The notes beneath the pieces were generated by a model, which saw only the letters and a program-made list of their open reading frames with translations, did no database searches and was not told the DNA's origin. From positions 377 to 64,376 of the forward strand of contig CAZCVY010000005.1 of NCBI GenBank assembly GCA_964501985.1: DNA of 64,000 bases, in the 5' to 3' direction. Source of the stretch: an uncultured Acidobacteriota bacterium. GTDB taxonomy: Bacteria; Acidobacteriota; Terriglobia; UBA7540. Shown here piece after piece: positions 61,755-64,000 of the stretch (position 1 is its first letter; each line of letters starts with the position of its first letter). The position numbers and the translations under genes were made by a program.

Positions 61755-62900
61755 ATGGCGCCATTCATCAACCGGCTAAGTTGCAAACGAACACTCTCGC
61801 GACGGGTCTCCGCTCTTATTGTGGGAGCCATCACGTTGTGGTTGCTCCCAGCATTACCGGGTGTTGCCCGGTATTCCGCCGCAGACGATCAGCGCGCGGA
61901 TGTGGATGCGCTCATCCAGGCGGGTCACTGGAAGCGAGCTCGCGCGATACTCGAGCCTCAGGTCAAAGAGCACCCCCAGGACCCCAAGGGAAGCTACCTC
62001 CTCGCGGAAGTGAAGGCGGCGTTCAAGGATTTCGACGGGGCTCTCCCACTTGCCCAGCACGCCGTCGATCTTAATGACAAGAATTCGGACTTCCACTTAA
62101 AGTTGGGACAAGTGTATGGAGAATTGGCTGCTCGGGCCAACATCTTTTCGGTGGGACCCCTCGTGCTGAAATTCCGCAAGGAAGTGGAGACCGCCATAGA
62201 ACTCAAGCCGACGAACCTGGAGGCGCTTGACTCGATGATGCAGTTCAAGTTTCAAGCGCCGGGTGCGCTGGGGGGCAGTAAGGATGAAGCTCGTGCCTTG
62301 GCGGAGAAAATAACAACTCTCGACGCCTGCGAAGGAAACTTGGCCCACGCGGAGCTCGCCGAACTGGAAAAGAATCCGGCCCACATGGAAGGATACCTCG
62401 TCAAAGCGGTGGAGGCGGACCCGAAGAATTACGGCGCACTGATCGAGCTCGGGAAATACTACAGTCAAGCTTCCCACGCCAACTATGACGAAGCGACAAA
62501 ACAAGGCCAAGCGGCCGTGCAGCTTGAAGCCTCGCAAATTGGGGGCTACTGGATCCTGGCGCGAGTGTTTGCTCTCCAGCAACGGTGGAGCGATCTTGAA
62601 CCAACTCTTGCCGCAGCGGAGAAAGCCGTTCCCGACGACCTGCGCCCGTTTTATGAGGCTGCCCAAGCGTTGCTCGAGTCCGGCAAAGATTTTCCGCGAG
62701 CTGAGGGATTCGCGAAGAAATACCTTTCGCAGGAGCCCGAGGGCGGTGAACCGGACAGCGCCGAGGGGCACCGGCTATTGGGGCTCCTGTTCGAGAAGGA
62801 AGGCCGGAAGGCTGAAGCACGAACCGAAATCCAAACCGCCCTCCAGCTTCGCCCAAAATTCCCGGCTGCAAAAGAAGATTTGAAGCGATTGGGGAACTAG
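61755..62900 (+). CDS. secreted tetratricopeptide-repeat protein
   Basis: ORF 61704..62900; start placed at ATG 61755. Signal/anchor segment and TPR-like helical repeats. Confidence 0.6.
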   Translation: MAPFINRLSCKRTLSRRVSALIVGAITLWLLPALPGVARYSAADDQRADVDALIQAGHWKRARAILEPQVKEHPQDPKGSYLLAEVKAAFKDFDGALPLAQHAVDLNDKNSDFHLKLGQVYGELAARANIFSVGPLVLKFRKEVETAIELKPTNLEALDSMMQFKFQAPGALGGSKDEARALAEKITTLDACEGNLAHAELAELEKNPAHMEGYLVKAVEADPKNYGALIELGKYYSQASHANYDEATKQGQAAVQLEASQIGGYWILARVFALQQRWSDLEPTLAAAEKAVPDDLRPFYEAAQALLESGKDFPRAEGFAKKYLSQEPEGGEPDSAEGHRLLGLLFEKEGRKAEARTEIQTALQLRPKFPAAKEDLKRLGN

Positions 62901-62999
62901 CCGCCGGTTGTAGCGCGGCTGTTCTTTAGATCCGCGGCTTTTCCGTGCCCAATTAGGACGACCCGCGGAATCAAAACAGCAGGTCCGCGGCACATCTGC

Positions 63000-63689
63000 T
63001 TACGCTGACTTTTTTCGCCGTAGCTTTTGGAATATAAACATCGCGATGACGCAGCCGGCGAGAACGATAAGGGCAATGCGATCCATTCGGCCCAGAACTT
63101 TTATCAGGGTCCCCCAGCTACTTCCGAAAAGAAACCCTACGTAACCGATGGCCGCTGCCCAGCAAACGGCGCCCGCAAAAGTAACGAGGAGGAAAGTCCA
63201 AAAAGGCATGCGCAGAACGCCGGCCAATATTCCCGCAAAAACTCGCAGCCCGGTAATGAAACGTGCCACAAAGACCGCCCACGGACCGTGCTTCTGAAAC
63301 ATCTCTTGGGAAACATTGTACTGTTTCGCCAACCGGGGGAAGCGCGCCAGGACGCGATTGACGACAGAGGTCCCGCCGTACCGGCCTAGCATATAGCCCC
63401 CAATGGCGCCTACCGTGGCCCCAGCAATGGCAGTAATGATAGCGGAGACCAGATGGAGTCTCCCTTGAAAGGCGAGAAATCCGGCAAAGAGAAGTACCGT
63501 TTCGCCGGGAATCGGCATGCCGACGTTCTCAGCCATCACTCCAAAGAAGACCACCCACAGCCCATAGCGTGCGAAGAAGTCGGACAATATTTGAAAGATG
63601 GAGTTGGCCACGACTTCCGCGATTATGCACGATGTTGCGCTTTCGCCGCAGAGGATTTTTGCGGAGGGTGGTGCAGCCCTCACGAGCAC
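63000..63689 (-). CDS. dedA: DedA-family membrane protein
   Basis: 229-aa ORF with the DedA signature ENVGMPIPGETVLLFAGFLA. The true start may be GTG 63611. Confidence 0.85.
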   Translation of the reverse strand: MLVRAAPPSAKILCGESATSCIIAEVVANSIFQILSDFFARYGLWVVFFGVMAENVGMPIPGETVLLFAGFLAFQGRLHLVSAIITAIAGATVGAIGGYMLGRYGGTSVVNRVLARFPRLAKQYNVSQEMFQKHGPWAVFVARFITGLRVFAGILAGVLRMPFWTFLLVTFAGAVCWAAAIGYVGFLFGSSWGTLIKVLGRMDRIALIVLAGCVIAMFIFQKLRRKKSA

Positions 63690-63712
63690 TCCGTCCCACT
63701 AAATGGATAACT

Positions 63713-63917
63713 GGCTTTGTTTGCTATAACATCTCAGGACGGCACGCACTTGGCAGATTTAGAGGCGGGTTATTGCAGTTATCTCTTTTGTTTCCAATAA
63801 CATCTCAGAGTTTTTGGTAACCAGTTTGATATCAATGACTTCTCAGGATAGCCGACAAATTGTCAGACAGCGGTCCTTTGTTTTCATCAACATCTCAGGA
63901 GCTACCTTCATTTTTCG
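63713..63917 (-). repeat. four same-orientation copies of the CCTGAGATGTT..AAACAAAG motif
   Basis: Copies at 63875-63917 (full), 63821-63850, 63783-63810 and 63713-63740. They read on the minus strand, upstream of dedA. Confidence 0.8.
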
Positions 63918-64000
63918 TGTTGAAGCATCTTTCGAACCGGGCACGATTTCGGTCAGAATGACGCTCCCAAACGCTCGTATTGTCGATGCCAAAAGGCTGC

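Overview
High-GC, gene-dense chromosomal segment. GC was judged by eye, not computed. Gene content suggests an Acidobacteriota-like soil bacterium: a roughly 1250-aa TonB-dependent receptor with a carboxypeptidase-regulatory-like N-terminus, a YncE-propeller/phosphoesterase fusion, and many GC-rich REP-type palindromes. This placement is inference only. I saw no rRNA, tRNA, CRISPR array, transposase or integrase.

Main blocks:
(1) 0.2-6.4 kb: nucleoside scavenging and catabolism module (deoC | deoA-nupC-punA-cdd | add).
(2) 6.7-9.5 kb: thrC-like gene and an S10 serine carboxypeptidase.
(3) 9.5-26.7 kb: purine-catabolic cluster. It holds an 8-oxoguanine-deaminase-like amidohydrolase, a translationally coupled three-subunit xanthine-dehydrogenase-family enzyme (FAD/2Fe-2S/Moco), and homologues of E. 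coli YgeY, YgfK (shortened), YgeW and SsnA plus a fold-type-II PLP enzyme. A roughly 3-kb accessory insert interrupts it (orphan pilin-like gene, secreted hypothetical, HigB/XRE toxin-antitoxin, REPs).
(4) 26.7-27.9 kb: a lower-GC orphan ORF with a CNF1/BLF1-type LSGC-like Cys...His(+15) signature, then pyrR.
(5) 28.9-64 kb: mostly housekeeping and envelope genes. These are a TonB receptor, ggt, nmrA-like, rnr, propeller-phosphoesterase, DRG-like GTPase, M13 peptidase, MazEF-like TA, two unknown secreted proteins, secA with a roughly 135-aa insertion, an alpha/beta hydrolase, degP, a penicillin-acylase family gene, an M61 peptidase, a TPR protein and dedA.

The most unusual signals are non-coding:
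(a) An oriented dispersed motif family (ATGAAGGT-N-CC-N-ATGTTGATGAAAACAAAGG). It sits upstream of five genes in the same orientation as each gene, and is tandemly amplified upstream of secA.
(b) Arrays of degenerate 7-8-nt 'words', often forming long hairpins, at many gene 3' ends.
(c) A 23-nt palindromic element inserted in frame into two subunits of the xanthine-dehydrogenase-family enzyme.
(d) A near-consensus sigma70 promoter plus a sigma54-like -24/-12 element in the 670-bp gap before the ygeY homologue.

All functional calls rest on by-eye recognition of motifs and remembered reference sequences. No database search was run.
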